NCBI GenBank assembly: GCA_000091165.1
Contig: FP565575.1
Span: 750,001-782,000, forward strand
Length of the DNA: 32,000 nucleotides
Direction of reading: 5' to 3'
Source: Candidatus Methylomirabilis oxygeniifera
GTDB taxonomy: Bacteria > Methylomirabilota > Methylomirabilia > Methylomirabilales > Methylomirabilaceae
Position numbers and translations under genes: made by a program. The first letter of the stretch is position 1; each line of letters starts with the position of its first letter. Below the pieces are notes generated by a model that had not been told where the DNA came from, made no database searches, and saw nothing but the letters and a program-made list of their open reading frames with translations. Below are positions 16,238-26,214 of the stretch, piece after piece.

Positions 16238-16504
16238 ATGCCTATGAACAGGGACGATTTAAGCGAACAGGAGCAAGCCTGTCAAGGGAAATCTTCCCCG
16301 CGCTCTGCTCCATCGGGCCGGACCATCGGTCTCCGCCAATGTTTTGTGTGCGGCGGAGCCATCACGCTCCAGGAAACCTATCTCCTCGCTGAAGGGCCGA
16401 CCGCGGATATTGTCCGGACTGTCTGCCGCCCCTGCTATTGTCGCAAAAGTCTTGAGATCCGCGAAGCGGTCCGACGAGAGCGCGACGAAGGATTCATCCG
16501 CTAG
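16238..16504 (+). CDS. hypothetical Cys-rich small protein (CxxC ... CxxC)
   Basis: Open frame containing CFVCGG and CRPCYC. No clear RBS, and its 5' end overlaps the tRNA-Ala promoter on the opposite strand. Confidence 0.3.
   Translation: MPMNRDDLSEQEQACQGKSSPRSAPSGRTIGLRQCFVCGGAITLQETYLLAEGPTADIVRTVCRPCYCRKSLEIREAVRRERDEGFIR
16257..16285 (-). promoter_or_regulatory. sigma70-type promoter of tRNA-Ala
   Basis: On the minus strand: TTGACA (16285-16280), 17-nt spacer, TTAAAT (16262-16257), 27 nt upstream of the tRNA 5' end. Confidence 0.6.
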
Positions 16505-16594
16505 CCGGACCTCTTTAGAGCACTCCTGGCGAGGGGCGACAGCGCAGTCATGGACATGAAAGTCTACGCGGTGAGGTATTCAATGCCCGCCCGC

Positions 16595-16704
16595 GTCATT
16601 GCGAGCGACCAACGGGAGCGTGGCAATCTCATCGTTGTACCCAGGGGCCACGGACCCCAACGACTGTGAGATTGCTTCGGTCGCTGCCGCTTCCTCGCAA
16701 TGAC
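16595..16704. repeat. nested palindromic REP/MITE-like element
   Basis: Outer inverted repeat GTCATTGCGAG (16595-16605) / CTCGCAATGAC (16694-16704). Inner inverted repeat GCAATCTCA (16623-16631) / TGAGATTGC (16667-16675). A further small palindrome sits in the centre. Confidence 0.6.
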
Positions 16705-16784
16705 CCGCGAGGGAGACTTTCTAACCAATGACCAGGCAGCGGTTGGCGAACGACATTGGGACGGTACCTGGGGGTCGAATCCGC

Positions 16785-16814
16785 TTGACAGTTCGTAGAG
16801 CGCTTTGATAGATA
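16785..16814 (+). promoter_or_regulatory. candidate sigma70 promoter for the PqqD/B2/precursor/kinase operon
   Basis: TTGACA (16785-16790) with ATAGAT or TAGATA at a 17 or 18 nt spacing. Weak -10. Confidence 0.35.
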
Positions 16815-16899
16815 GAAGAATCGATAAAGCCCATGAGGCGCCTACTTCCTGAGGGGCCTCAGCCGCTCCCTGAGTGTTGAGGAGCCGAAGAGCTGGAGA

Positions 16900-17217
16900 A
16901 TGGTAAGCGATCCTGCGACAATCTATCCGATCAGGAGCGAGCATGTGACCTGGAAAGCCCTCGACGGCGAGAGCGTCCTCCTCCATCTCGAGACCGGCGT
17001 GTACTTCAGCCTGAATGAAACCGGGACCGCTGCGTGGGAGCTGTTCGATGGCGCAACTCCGTTGGCAGCCGTCGGCGAGGCCATCTGTGCTCGATTTAAT
17101 GTCTCCGCAGAGCAGGTCCGGCAAGATCTCTTCGAGTTGACGCAGACGCTTCAGGAAGAAGGATTGGTGGAAATTCATGAAGACCCTGCGACGCCTCCGG
17201 GAACTGACCGATCCTGA
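16900..17217 (+). CDS. PqqD-family peptide chaperone (RiPP recognition element, lasso B1-like)
   Basis: Typical PqqD pattern: W.ALDGESVLLHLETGVYFSLNETGTAAWELFDG..PLAAV.EAI...F.V..EQVRQDL.EL...L.EEGLV. GGAGA immediately precedes the ATG. Confidence 0.85.
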   Translation: MVSDPATIYPIRSEHVTWKALDGESVLLHLETGVYFSLNETGTAAWELFDGATPLAAVGEAICARFNVSAEQVRQDLFELTQTLQEEGLVEIHEDPATPPGTDRS

Positions 17218-17689
17218 GTCGTTCCGGCTCTTCGGTTGGTCGCTTCTGATGGTTTTCGTGGTGGCAACCCTCTTGCGCTTTACGCGGTTGCCGGTGTTGC
17301 TCCGCTATTTGACCCGACCGGCGGCCCCTATACGCACCGGCCACAAGTCGGTACGGACCCTCGAGACCCGCGCAGTCGATCGGGTCCGCCGGTATAGCCA
17401 TGTGATTATCACGGGTCTCCTTCGATCGCGACGCCCATGTCTGCTGCGTTCGCTGGTCCTGTACCGATACTGTTGGAAGTGCGGAGTGCCCGTATCGATC
17501 CACTTTGGGGTACGGTCGGGTATGGGCGGATTGGAAGGACATAGTTGGGTCACGTGTGACGGGATCCCTTTAGGGGAATCGGATGCAGGGGTGCGTCCCT
17601 ACATCGTCGTCTATTCGTTCCCCATCAACACCGACGGGACCGACCCGCATGACGCTCCGGCTGTGGCCGGATATCTGGAATGTGCGTAA
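17177..17689 (+). CDS. lasso-peptide B2-type transglutaminase-like cysteine protease
   Basis: Hydrophobic N-terminal helix, then RRPCLLRSLVLYRYCWKCGVPVSIHFGV...LEGHSWVTCDG (Cys...His...Asp pattern of McjB-C/Transglut_core3). Overlaps the PqqD gene by 41 nt. Confidence 0.85.
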   Translation: MKTLRRLRELTDPESFRLFGWSLLMVFVVATLLRFTRLPVLLRYLTRPAAPIRTGHKSVRTLETRAVDRVRRYSHVIITGLLRSRRPCLLRSLVLYRYCWKCGVPVSIHFGVRSGMGGLEGHSWVTCDGIPLGESDAGVRPYIVVYSFPINTDGTDPHDAPAVAGYLECA

Positions 17690-17737
17690 GCTATAGCCAC
17701 TGACGCTGAAACGATATTGAGAAGGAGGAGGATACGC

Positions 17738-17860
17738 ATGAAAGAGATCGTTACGGAAGAACCGAAGATGCCCTATACGAAACCGACCCTCACCAAGCAC
17801 AAGCCGCTGCGGGACATTACGGCCGGGGATGTCTCAGTGATCGGTGGGGTAAGGGTGTGA
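17738..17860 (+). CDS. 40-aa candidate RiPP precursor peptide (MKEIVTEEPKMPYTKPTLTKHKPLRDITAGDVSVIGGVRV)
   Basis: Missing from the ORF track because it is too short. ATG lies 7-8 nt after GAAGGAGGAGGA. It sits between the B2 protease and the kinase. Y13/P16/L18/T28 match the lasso leader register Y-17/P-14/L-12/T-2 if cleavage occurs before G30. Confidence 0.6.
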   Translation: MKEIVTEEPKMPYTKPTLTKHKPLRDITAGDVSVIGGVRV

Positions 17861-17906
17861 GGTAGACCGATCCTTAGCGACTTGTGACGGTAGTGCCGAT
17901 CGCAAG

Positions 17907-18926
17907 ATGAACCGCATGATCACACAGACGTTTAGTATCTACGGAATCGACGTTCAGGTAGATGCGGATATTCCGCTACTCGCCGCCGGGATTGATGGAT
18001 TGCTGCGGCGGTTTTCCCGACATCCTGCAACCGACAGTCGGCCGCTGCGGTTTGTCTATGAACGCAGCGGGAAGGTTGCGGACCCTCTTTCGCATAAAGC
18101 ATCCGACGGAGACGGATCACTGCTCTTCTCGACCTCCCGGGAGAATGCCTTTGATCTGGCCGGTCGGCTGGGCATCGACTGGGATGTCTATGCTCGGGAT
18201 GGCGGTTTCTTGCTGGACTATCATCGGCATGGCCGACTATGGCTGGACACCGCGGGCGGACGGCTTGAGGGGTCGCTGGCCGAGCCGCTGGATCTACACT
18301 ATGCGCTGCTTTCCAGCATCTTCTTCTTTTTTCCGTTCGCGCAGCTTCTGGCCCGGCGCGGACTCCACGTTGTGCATGCGGCCGCCATGGAGCGGAACGA
18401 GCGCGGGGTACTGATTCCCGGAATGAGTGGGAGTGGTAAGAGTACCTGCTGTGTCTCCCTGATGCGGGCAGGGTATCGCTGCCTCTCGGATGACAAGCCG
18501 TTTCTACGGCAGAACGGGAGCGGTGTCGAGTTGCTCCCGTTTCCCGAAATGATCGATGTGACTGATCAGTCTGTCGCCTTCTTTCCGGAGCTCAACAGAG
18601 CGGCATCAGACCTCGAGTCCGGCTACCGGAAGAAGCGGTTCTGTGCCGAGACGCTGTATCCGGGTTCCGTGGCTGACGCTGTCACGCCCAGCGTCATCCT
18701 ATTTCCGGAAATCAGTGGAGAGCCGACCAGTAGAGTCGAGGCGCTGTCAAAGGCGAAGGCGCTCCAAGCGCTTCTGCCGCACAGCCTGCTCTGTTTTGAC
18801 CGAGAGATCTCGGCGCGTCATTTTGACCTGCTCGCGCGCCTCGTCGAGACGACCGCCAGTTATCGTCTCTATTTCGGCCGTGACGTCCTGGATCTTCCTA
18901 CCCTAGTCGATCAGCTCCTCCAGTGA
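17907..18926 (+). CDS. HPr kinase/phosphorylase-related kinase (HprK-like)
   Basis: GVLIPGMSGSGKSTCCVSLMRAGYRCLSDDKPFL closely parallels the HprK catalytic core GVLITGDSGVGKSE..LEL...GH.LV.DD. Confidence 0.85.
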   Translation: MNRMITQTFSIYGIDVQVDADIPLLAAGIDGLLRRFSRHPATDSRPLRFVYERSGKVADPLSHKASDGDGSLLFSTSRENAFDLAGRLGIDWDVYARDGGFLLDYHRHGRLWLDTAGGRLEGSLAEPLDLHYALLSSIFFFFPFAQLLARRGLHVVHAAAMERNERGVLIPGMSGSGKSTCCVSLMRAGYRCLSDDKPFLRQNGSGVELLPFPEMIDVTDQSVAFFPELNRAASDLESGYRKKRFCAETLYPGSVADAVTPSVILFPEISGEPTSRVEALSKAKALQALLPHSLLCFDREISARHFDLLARLVETTASYRLYFGRDVLDLPTLVDQLLQ

Positions 18927-18965
18927 ACCGTATCCTACAGCAACACCTCGTCTCGTTCTAAGGTG

Positions 18966-18994
18966 TTGACACTACGGTGTCCGGCACGTAGTCT
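18966..18994 (+). promoter_or_regulatory. candidate sigma70 promoter upstream of GT2
   Basis: TTGACA (18966-18971), 17-nt spacer, TAGTCT (18989-18994). Weak -10. Confidence 0.3.
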
Positions 18995-19003
18995 TAGGCT
19001 GTG

Positions 19004-19852
19004 ATGAGCGTATCTGACGACCTGCCGCTGGTCTCGATCATTACCCCCTCTTTCAATCAGGGACAATTCATTCGTCGAACTATCGAGAGCGTCCTCTCCC
19101 AGGACTACCAGAAGCTGGAATACCTTGTGATGGATGGGGGTTCTACCGACGAAACCCTCGACATCCTGCGCAGCTATGGGAACCGGATCACGTGGAGATC
19201 CGGGCCGGACGGAGGACAGGCGGATGCCGTCAACGCCGGTGTTCGGCTGGCTCAGGGTGACATTCTCGGCTGGCTGAATTCCGACGACACCTATCAACCG
19301 GGCGCGGTGAGGGCCGCCGCGACCTATCTGGCGGCCCATCCGGCAACAGCGGTGATATATGGGGATGCGCACTACATCGATAAGCAGGACAGGGTAATCG
19401 GGATCTATCCTACCGAGGATTTCGACCGGGATCGACTGGCCAAGGCGTGCTTCATATGCCAGCCTGCCGCCTTCTTCCGACGGTCAGCCATCGAGACCGT
19501 GGGCGGGCTCGATACGCGCCTGCAGTACTGCATGGACTACGATCTGTGGATTCGGCTGGGGCGTCGATTTCCGATCGATCGAATCCCGTACGCGCTGGCC
19601 AACAGCCGCCAGTACCCTCAGACCAAGACCTGGGCTCAACGGGATCGACTGTTCGAAGAGCTGTGCGAAGTCACGCAGCGATCGTTCGGGTATACATCGC
19701 GCCATTGGCGGATGTGGCATGCCTACGCTCGCGTGAAAGGTGTCTCATGGCCGCTCGCTCGAACGGTGTTGTATCCGGTCAGGACAAGGCTGCCGCTATG
19801 GATCAATCGATTGATCTTCCGGGATATGCGCGCCGGGAAAAGACGAAGCTGA
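19004..19852 (+). CDS. family 2 glycosyltransferase
   Basis: VSIITPSFNQGQFIRRTIESVLSQDY..LEYLVMDGGSTDET, followed by a DxD-like region (NSDD). Confidence 0.9.
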   Translation: MSVSDDLPLVSIITPSFNQGQFIRRTIESVLSQDYQKLEYLVMDGGSTDETLDILRSYGNRITWRSGPDGGQADAVNAGVRLAQGDILGWLNSDDTYQPGAVRAAATYLAAHPATAVIYGDAHYIDKQDRVIGIYPTEDFDRDRLAKACFICQPAAFFRRSAIETVGGLDTRLQYCMDYDLWIRLGRRFPIDRIPYALANSRQYPQTKTWAQRDRLFEELCEVTQRSFGYTSRHWRMWHAYARVKGVSWPLARTVLYPVRTRLPLWINRLIFRDMRAGKRRS

Positions 19853-19878
19853 AGCGCGCCAACTGTAGTAATCGACTA

Positions 19879-20673
19879 TCAGACAGTTGACGAAGCGCTG
19901 AACTTCCGGTACTCGGTCACGACGTCGTCGGCCGGGCCGGTGGCAGCGACCTGCCCGTGATGAATCCAAATGGCTTTCTGGCAGGTGTCCTGGATCAGTG
20001 TGAGGTCATGCGATACCAGAACAATGGTGACTCCTTTCGCCTTGAATGCTTCCATCCTTTCCTCACACTTTTTTTGGAAGGCGGCGTCCCCAACAGAGAA
20101 GAGTTCGTCGATCAGGAGTAAGTCCGGCTTGGCATCCGTCGCGATCGCGAATCCGAGCCGGGCAGACATCCCGACTGAATAGTTCATCAATGGCACATCG
20201 ATAAACTCCTCCAGCTCGGCGAACTTGACGATACGATCAAATCGCCGTTCAAGCTCTTTTTGTGAGAACCCCAGAAGCGATCCGTAGAGGAAGATGTTCT
20301 CTCGTCCGGTCAAAAACGAGTCAAACCCGGCGCCGAGCTCGATGAGGGGAGCGATTCGTCCTCGTACAACGACCCGCCCGACAGAGGGGGGAATGATGCC
20401 GGCGATCACCTTCAGAAGCGTACTCTTTCCCGCTCCGTTGGCTCCGATGATCCCGAGAATCTCCCCGGGATCTACAGAGAAGGACACCCCCCGTAGCGGC
20501 CAAAACTCGTCCCGTCCTTTTGTCTGACGCTTCAACAGCCGGATCGCGTGATCCCGTATTGATCTGATTCGCTCCCGGTGCAGCAGCAAACGGATGGAGA
20601 GATCTTCAATCTCAAGAACTGGTGGCCGTCCAAGGTGAGCTGGAGGAGCCGAGAGGCGTGGAACGTCAAGCAT
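19879..20673 (-). CDS. polysaccharide/O-antigen ABC exporter ATP-binding protein (Wzt/TagH-like, NBD only)
   Basis: Walker A GANGAGKST, signature YSVGMSARL, Walker B LLLIDE. The ATG at 20673 is preferred over the track start at 20769, which would overlap the permease gene. Confidence 0.9.
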   Translation of the reverse strand: MLDVPRLSAPPAHLGRPPVLEIEDLSIRLLLHRERIRSIRDHAIRLLKRQTKGRDEFWPLRGVSFSVDPGEILGIIGANGAGKSTLLKVIAGIIPPSVGRVVVRGRIAPLIELGAGFDSFLTGRENIFLYGSLLGFSQKELERRFDRIVKFAELEEFIDVPLMNYSVGMSARLGFAIATDAKPDLLLIDELFSVGDAAFQKKCEERMEAFKAKGVTIVLVSHDLTLIQDTCQKAIWIHHGQVAATGPADDVVTEYRKFSASSTV

Positions 20674-20720
20674 GGTCGGGCGCGTGAACAAGTCGAGAGA
20701 TGTGGCCCGGTTGCCGGCCG

Positions 20721-21575
20721 CTAGACATAGTGGATGAACCGGGACTCGAATCGGTGAAAGACCATCCACCCGATGGCGAGGGTGACCAGGGAGAGGGCGA
20801 GCCCGAAGATCATCATTCCGATGGGGGGCGCCGCGCCCAGGTAGACAGGAGCTCGAAGGGATTCCAGAAGCGCATACATGGGATTCATATACAGGAGAAA
20901 CTTGAACTTCTCCGGGATGATCTCGGGCGGATAGAAGATCGGGGTGGCATAAAACCAGGCCAACAGACCGGCCTCATAGAAATACTTGACGTCCCGGAAG
21001 AAGACATTGAAGGTTCCAACAAGTAAGGCGATGCCCAAGGCGAAACAGGTCAGACTGACGAGTGGGATCGGCAGCCAGAGCAGATGCAGGCTGAAACCCG
21101 CGCCGACTGCGGCCATCAGGAGAAAAAGCGGGACTAATGTGAAGACAAAATTGACGACCTGTGAGACAACAGTCGCAATCGGGAAGATCGCTTTCGGAAC
21201 AAAGACCTTTCGGATGATGGGACCGTTGAGAACGACGCTGTCCAAACCCCGTGAGGTGCCTAACGAGAAGAGGTTCCACCCCAGCAGAGCGGTGAACACA
21301 TACAGCGAGTAATTCGGACGGCTACTGAAAATCCTGGAGAAGACCATCGTAAAGATAACCATAGCCAGGAGAGGATTCAACACAGTCCAGGCGAATCCAA
21401 GCGCCGACCGCTTATAGCGAAGCTTGACCTCACGGATGACAAGCTGACGCAACAGCTCCCGATACCGGAGGAGCGTCAAAAATGGCCCGGTGGATCGGTG
21501 ATCTGCGATGTACAGTCCGGGCTGAGGCGCACGTCTTTCATGACTCATTGCACGTCCGATATTGTCCTCCGGCAT
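20721..21575 (-). CDS. ABC-2 type polysaccharide exporter permease (Wzm/TagG-like)
   Basis: N-terminal LRYKRSALGFAWTVLNPLL ABC-2 signature and six hydrophobic segments. An alternative start at 21548 is possible. Confidence 0.9.
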   Translation of the reverse strand: MPEDNIGRAMSHERRAPQPGLYIADHRSTGPFLTLLRYRELLRQLVIREVKLRYKRSALGFAWTVLNPLLAMVIFTMVFSRIFSSRPNYSLYVFTALLGWNLFSLGTSRGLDSVVLNGPIIRKVFVPKAIFPIATVVSQVVNFVFTLVPLFLLMAAVGAGFSLHLLWLPIPLVSLTCFALGIALLVGTFNVFFRDVKYFYEAGLLAWFYATPIFYPPEIIPEKFKFLLYMNPMYALLESLRAPVYLGAAPPIGMMIFGLALSLVTLAIGWMVFHRFESRFIHYV

Positions 21576-21743
21576 CGAGAGGCGGGTGATGTTCCTGATG
21601 TAGCGAATGTTAGACCAGCCCCGGCGACACTGTCAAGCGCATTACACCGGGATCTATGACTCAAGTCGATTGAGCCGCCTGGTGAGGAGGGTCTGAGCAG
21701 GTCTGTTCGCAGCCGCAAAAATATTCGCTTGGCGGTGATCTAA

Positions 21744-22826
<1,083 letters not shown>

Positions 22827-22952
22827 GGAGTTGTAACGCCTCATCGCCAAGGGCCGCCTGCAGATGCAGTAAGCATCTCCAACAGAGTGGTTAAATAGAT
22901 CAGTGCGCGCACAATGTTAGGGATATTAATTCACTAAGAAGATGAGGATCAC

Positions 22953-23477
22953 ATGGATGAAGCATTCAAGAAGGATCGCCAGACGGTGACACCGGAAGGG
23001 AAATCCGTTCTCCCGCTGATCCATGATGTGCGTATTCGCTCTGCTGTGACACACCCCGATGAACGCGGAACTATTTGCGAAATTTATAATTCGGCCTGGG
23101 ACTTCTCGGAGGCGCCTGTGGTATACGTGTACCAGGTGACCGTACGTCCGCAACGGATCAAGGGCTGGGTCGTCCATTACCAGCAGGATGATCGAGTGTT
23201 CGTCAGCCAGGGAGTTCTGAAGATCGTCATGTACGACCCTCGCAAGGAATCGCCCACGCACGGCATGCTGAATGAACTGTGTATCAGCGAGCACAATCGA
23301 GGGTTGTTATTTATCCCCCGCGGGGTCTACCATGCGCTACAAAATGTTGGGACCACTGACGCGTTGTTCATCAACATGCCGACACGCGCATACAACCACG
23401 CCGACCCGGATAAGTATCGCCTCCCGCTGAACAACGATCTGATCCCGTATCGTTTTGACGATCGGTTAGGCTGGTAG
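22953..23477 (+). CDS. RmlC-like cupin sugar-nucleotide 3,5-epimerase family protein
   Basis: DERG...E.Y, a KGWV.H segment, and the pattern IPRGVYHA..N.G of dTDP-4-dehydrorhamnose 3,5-epimerase-like cupins. Confidence 0.75.
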   Translation: MDEAFKKDRQTVTPEGKSVLPLIHDVRIRSAVTHPDERGTICEIYNSAWDFSEAPVVYVYQVTVRPQRIKGWVVHYQQDDRVFVSQGVLKIVMYDPRKESPTHGMLNELCISEHNRGLLFIPRGVYHALQNVGTTDALFINMPTRAYNHADPDKYRLPLNNDLIPYRFDDRLGW

Positions 23478-23489
23478 CGCAACTGTTCG

Positions 23490-24335
23490 ATGAATTCATC
23501 CTCGCCCGTGGTTAGCGTCATCACTGCTACGTACAATTGGAGCAGTGTCCTGTGCTACGCCATTCAGAGCGTCTTGTGGCAAACCTGCCAGGACCTCGAG
23601 ATGCTGATCATCGGCGATGGGTGCACCGATGATTCCGAAGAGGTTGTTGCATCGTTCCGCGATCCCCGTCTGCGGTGGCACAACCTCCCGCATAATTCTG
23701 GTAGCCAATCTACCCCAAACAACGTCGGTCTGGGGCTGGCGCGCGGCAGATACGTTGCATATCTCGGACACGATGATGTGTGGTATCCCACCCACCTGGA
23801 CATGCTCACAAAGGCAGCGCAGGAGACGGATGCAGACCTGGCCTATTCCTTAGCGGTCATGATCGGACCTCCCGGCAGCGGGGTGCGCGTGTTAACGGGA
23901 CTGTCCGGTTCAGGCCGCTATGAACGGGGTATGGGCCTTCCACCCTCGTCGGTTCTCCACACACGCGAACTGGTCGATCGGATCGGCGGCTGGAAGGACT
24001 ACCGGACCCTACGCCTACCGCCGGACCGTGAGTTCATCCTTCGTGCCTACGATCACGGGGTCCGCTTCACCGCCGTTCATGCCCTCACCGCGTTCAAATT
24101 CAACTCGGCATGGCGTCGCAACTCATACCAGGACAAGCCGTCGCATGAGCAGGCCGAATATGTCCGCCGTATTCGGGAGGATAAGAACTTCCTGGCCGAT
24201 GAGTTACTGGAGATTGCAGCCGCCTATGCCCTTAATCGGCCTCGTTCGCCGATTGCGGTCCTACCACGGAGCATAGTCAACCTGATGCCCCCCGGCTGGC
24301 AGGTGAACCGGTGGCGTCGGATCCGCGGACTGTAA
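23490..24335 (+). CDS. family 2 glycosyltransferase
   Basis: VSVITATYNWSSVLCYAIQSVLWQTCQDLEMLIIGDGCTDDS and GHDD. Confidence 0.85.
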   Translation: MNSSSPVVSVITATYNWSSVLCYAIQSVLWQTCQDLEMLIIGDGCTDDSEEVVASFRDPRLRWHNLPHNSGSQSTPNNVGLGLARGRYVAYLGHDDVWYPTHLDMLTKAAQETDADLAYSLAVMIGPPGSGVRVLTGLSGSGRYERGMGLPPSSVLHTRELVDRIGGWKDYRTLRLPPDREFILRAYDHGVRFTAVHALTAFKFNSAWRRNSYQDKPSHEQAEYVRRIREDKNFLADELLEIAAAYALNRPRSPIAVLPRSIVNLMPPGWQVNRWRRIRGL

Positions 24336-24548
24336 GAATAGGCTGGATGCTCCATTCCGTTATTGTTTCTGCGCTAGCGTCCTGTTCCGCAAGCTATCAT
24401 CCAAGGCTCAGGAGTGTCATGCTATCTATTTCTATATGGTGTATGGGTAAGAAATAGCCTAACCAGGATTCGTAACTTTGAATTCAGCGTGGATATGGTC
24501 AGCAGCAACGAAATCGCTCAGAAACCATAAATAATGGGGAGGTTGTAC

Positions 24549-24577
24549 TTGACACGCTCTCCTGCTTTTAAGACAAT
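24549..24577 (+). promoter_or_regulatory. candidate sigma70 promoter in the A/T-richer spacer upstream of fcl
   Basis: TTGACA (24549-24554), 17-nt spacer, GACAAT (24572-24577). Confidence 0.35.
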
Positions 24578-24679
24578 ATCGGCATTGTTTTTGCTTGTGG
24601 GAACGGCTTATTGTGAATCTGATACCATGAGACTGAGCCTGAACGTCCATTCCGATAAGTTCAACCGTAGAATGACTGA

Positions 24680-25657
<978 letters not shown>

Positions 25658-25791
25658 AGTCGCTCTCGGGAAGACGTGCCTTGCGTATTGGCGTAATTAC
25701 CCTGCCGCCCTTCCCCGGACGGTGAAGGAGAAACCGGCGATGGAGGGAATGACGATATCACTCAGTACGGTAGCCGAGAGGGTTCGTCGCA

Positions 25792-26214
25792 ATGATTCAT
25801 AAGGCGTTGCTCCCCCAAGATGTTGAGGAGCGGCTACGCTCCCTTGGCCCGGCGCTACAACAATGCTCTGGTGTCCTCTTCGCCTACCTGTTTGGCGGGG
25901 CGACGGTTTTACCTCTCAAGCCCCTGAGTGACGTGGACGTAGCCGTCTATCTGGATGAATCGGTCGATCCGGTCGAGGGGCGGTTGGAGGCCGTGGGAGT
26001 TGTTGCCGCTCACTTAGGAACCGACGAGGTAGATCTGGTGGTCCTCAATACCGCGCAAACAGCCCTCACGGGGCGGATTCTCCAGACCCGACGGGTCATC
26101 GTCGATCGCGATCCGTTCCGCCGCCACCGCTTCGAGTCCCTCGCCCTCCGGGAATTCTTCGACTTTCGTCTATTTGAGCATCGCCTCCTCACGAGGAGAT
26201 ATGGGAGTGGTTGA
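25792..26214 (+). CDS. mntA: nucleotidyltransferase-domain antitoxin (MntA-like)
   Basis: LFGGA...PLSDVDVAVYL minimal nucleotidyltransferase motif (G[GS]-x9-13-DxD). It overlaps the start of the following DUF86/HepT frame by 14 nt. Confidence 0.8.
   Translation: MIHKALLPQDVEERLRSLGPALQQCSGVLFAYLFGGATVLPLKPLSDVDVAVYLDESVDPVEGRLEAVGVVAAHLGTDEVDLVVLNTAQTALTGRILQTRRVIVDRDPFRRHRFESLALREFFDFRLFEHRLLTRRYGSG

Noticed and set aside
16564-17178. 204-aa minus-strand ORF, and a ~39-codon plus-strand ORF (about 16546-16665), across the palindromic element.
   Set aside because: The translations (…IARKRQRPKQSHS… and …VIASDQRERGNL…) are the typical spurious products of reading through this kind of palindromic repeat. 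The minus-strand ORF is also antisense to the well-supported PqqD gene.
21731-21738. GGCGGTGA resembling the ops/JUMPstart element (GGCGGTAG) upstream of gmd.
   Set aside because: It matches 7 of 8 positions with a mismatch at a conserved base. RfaH/ops is an enterobacterial feature, and nothing indicates it applies to this organism.
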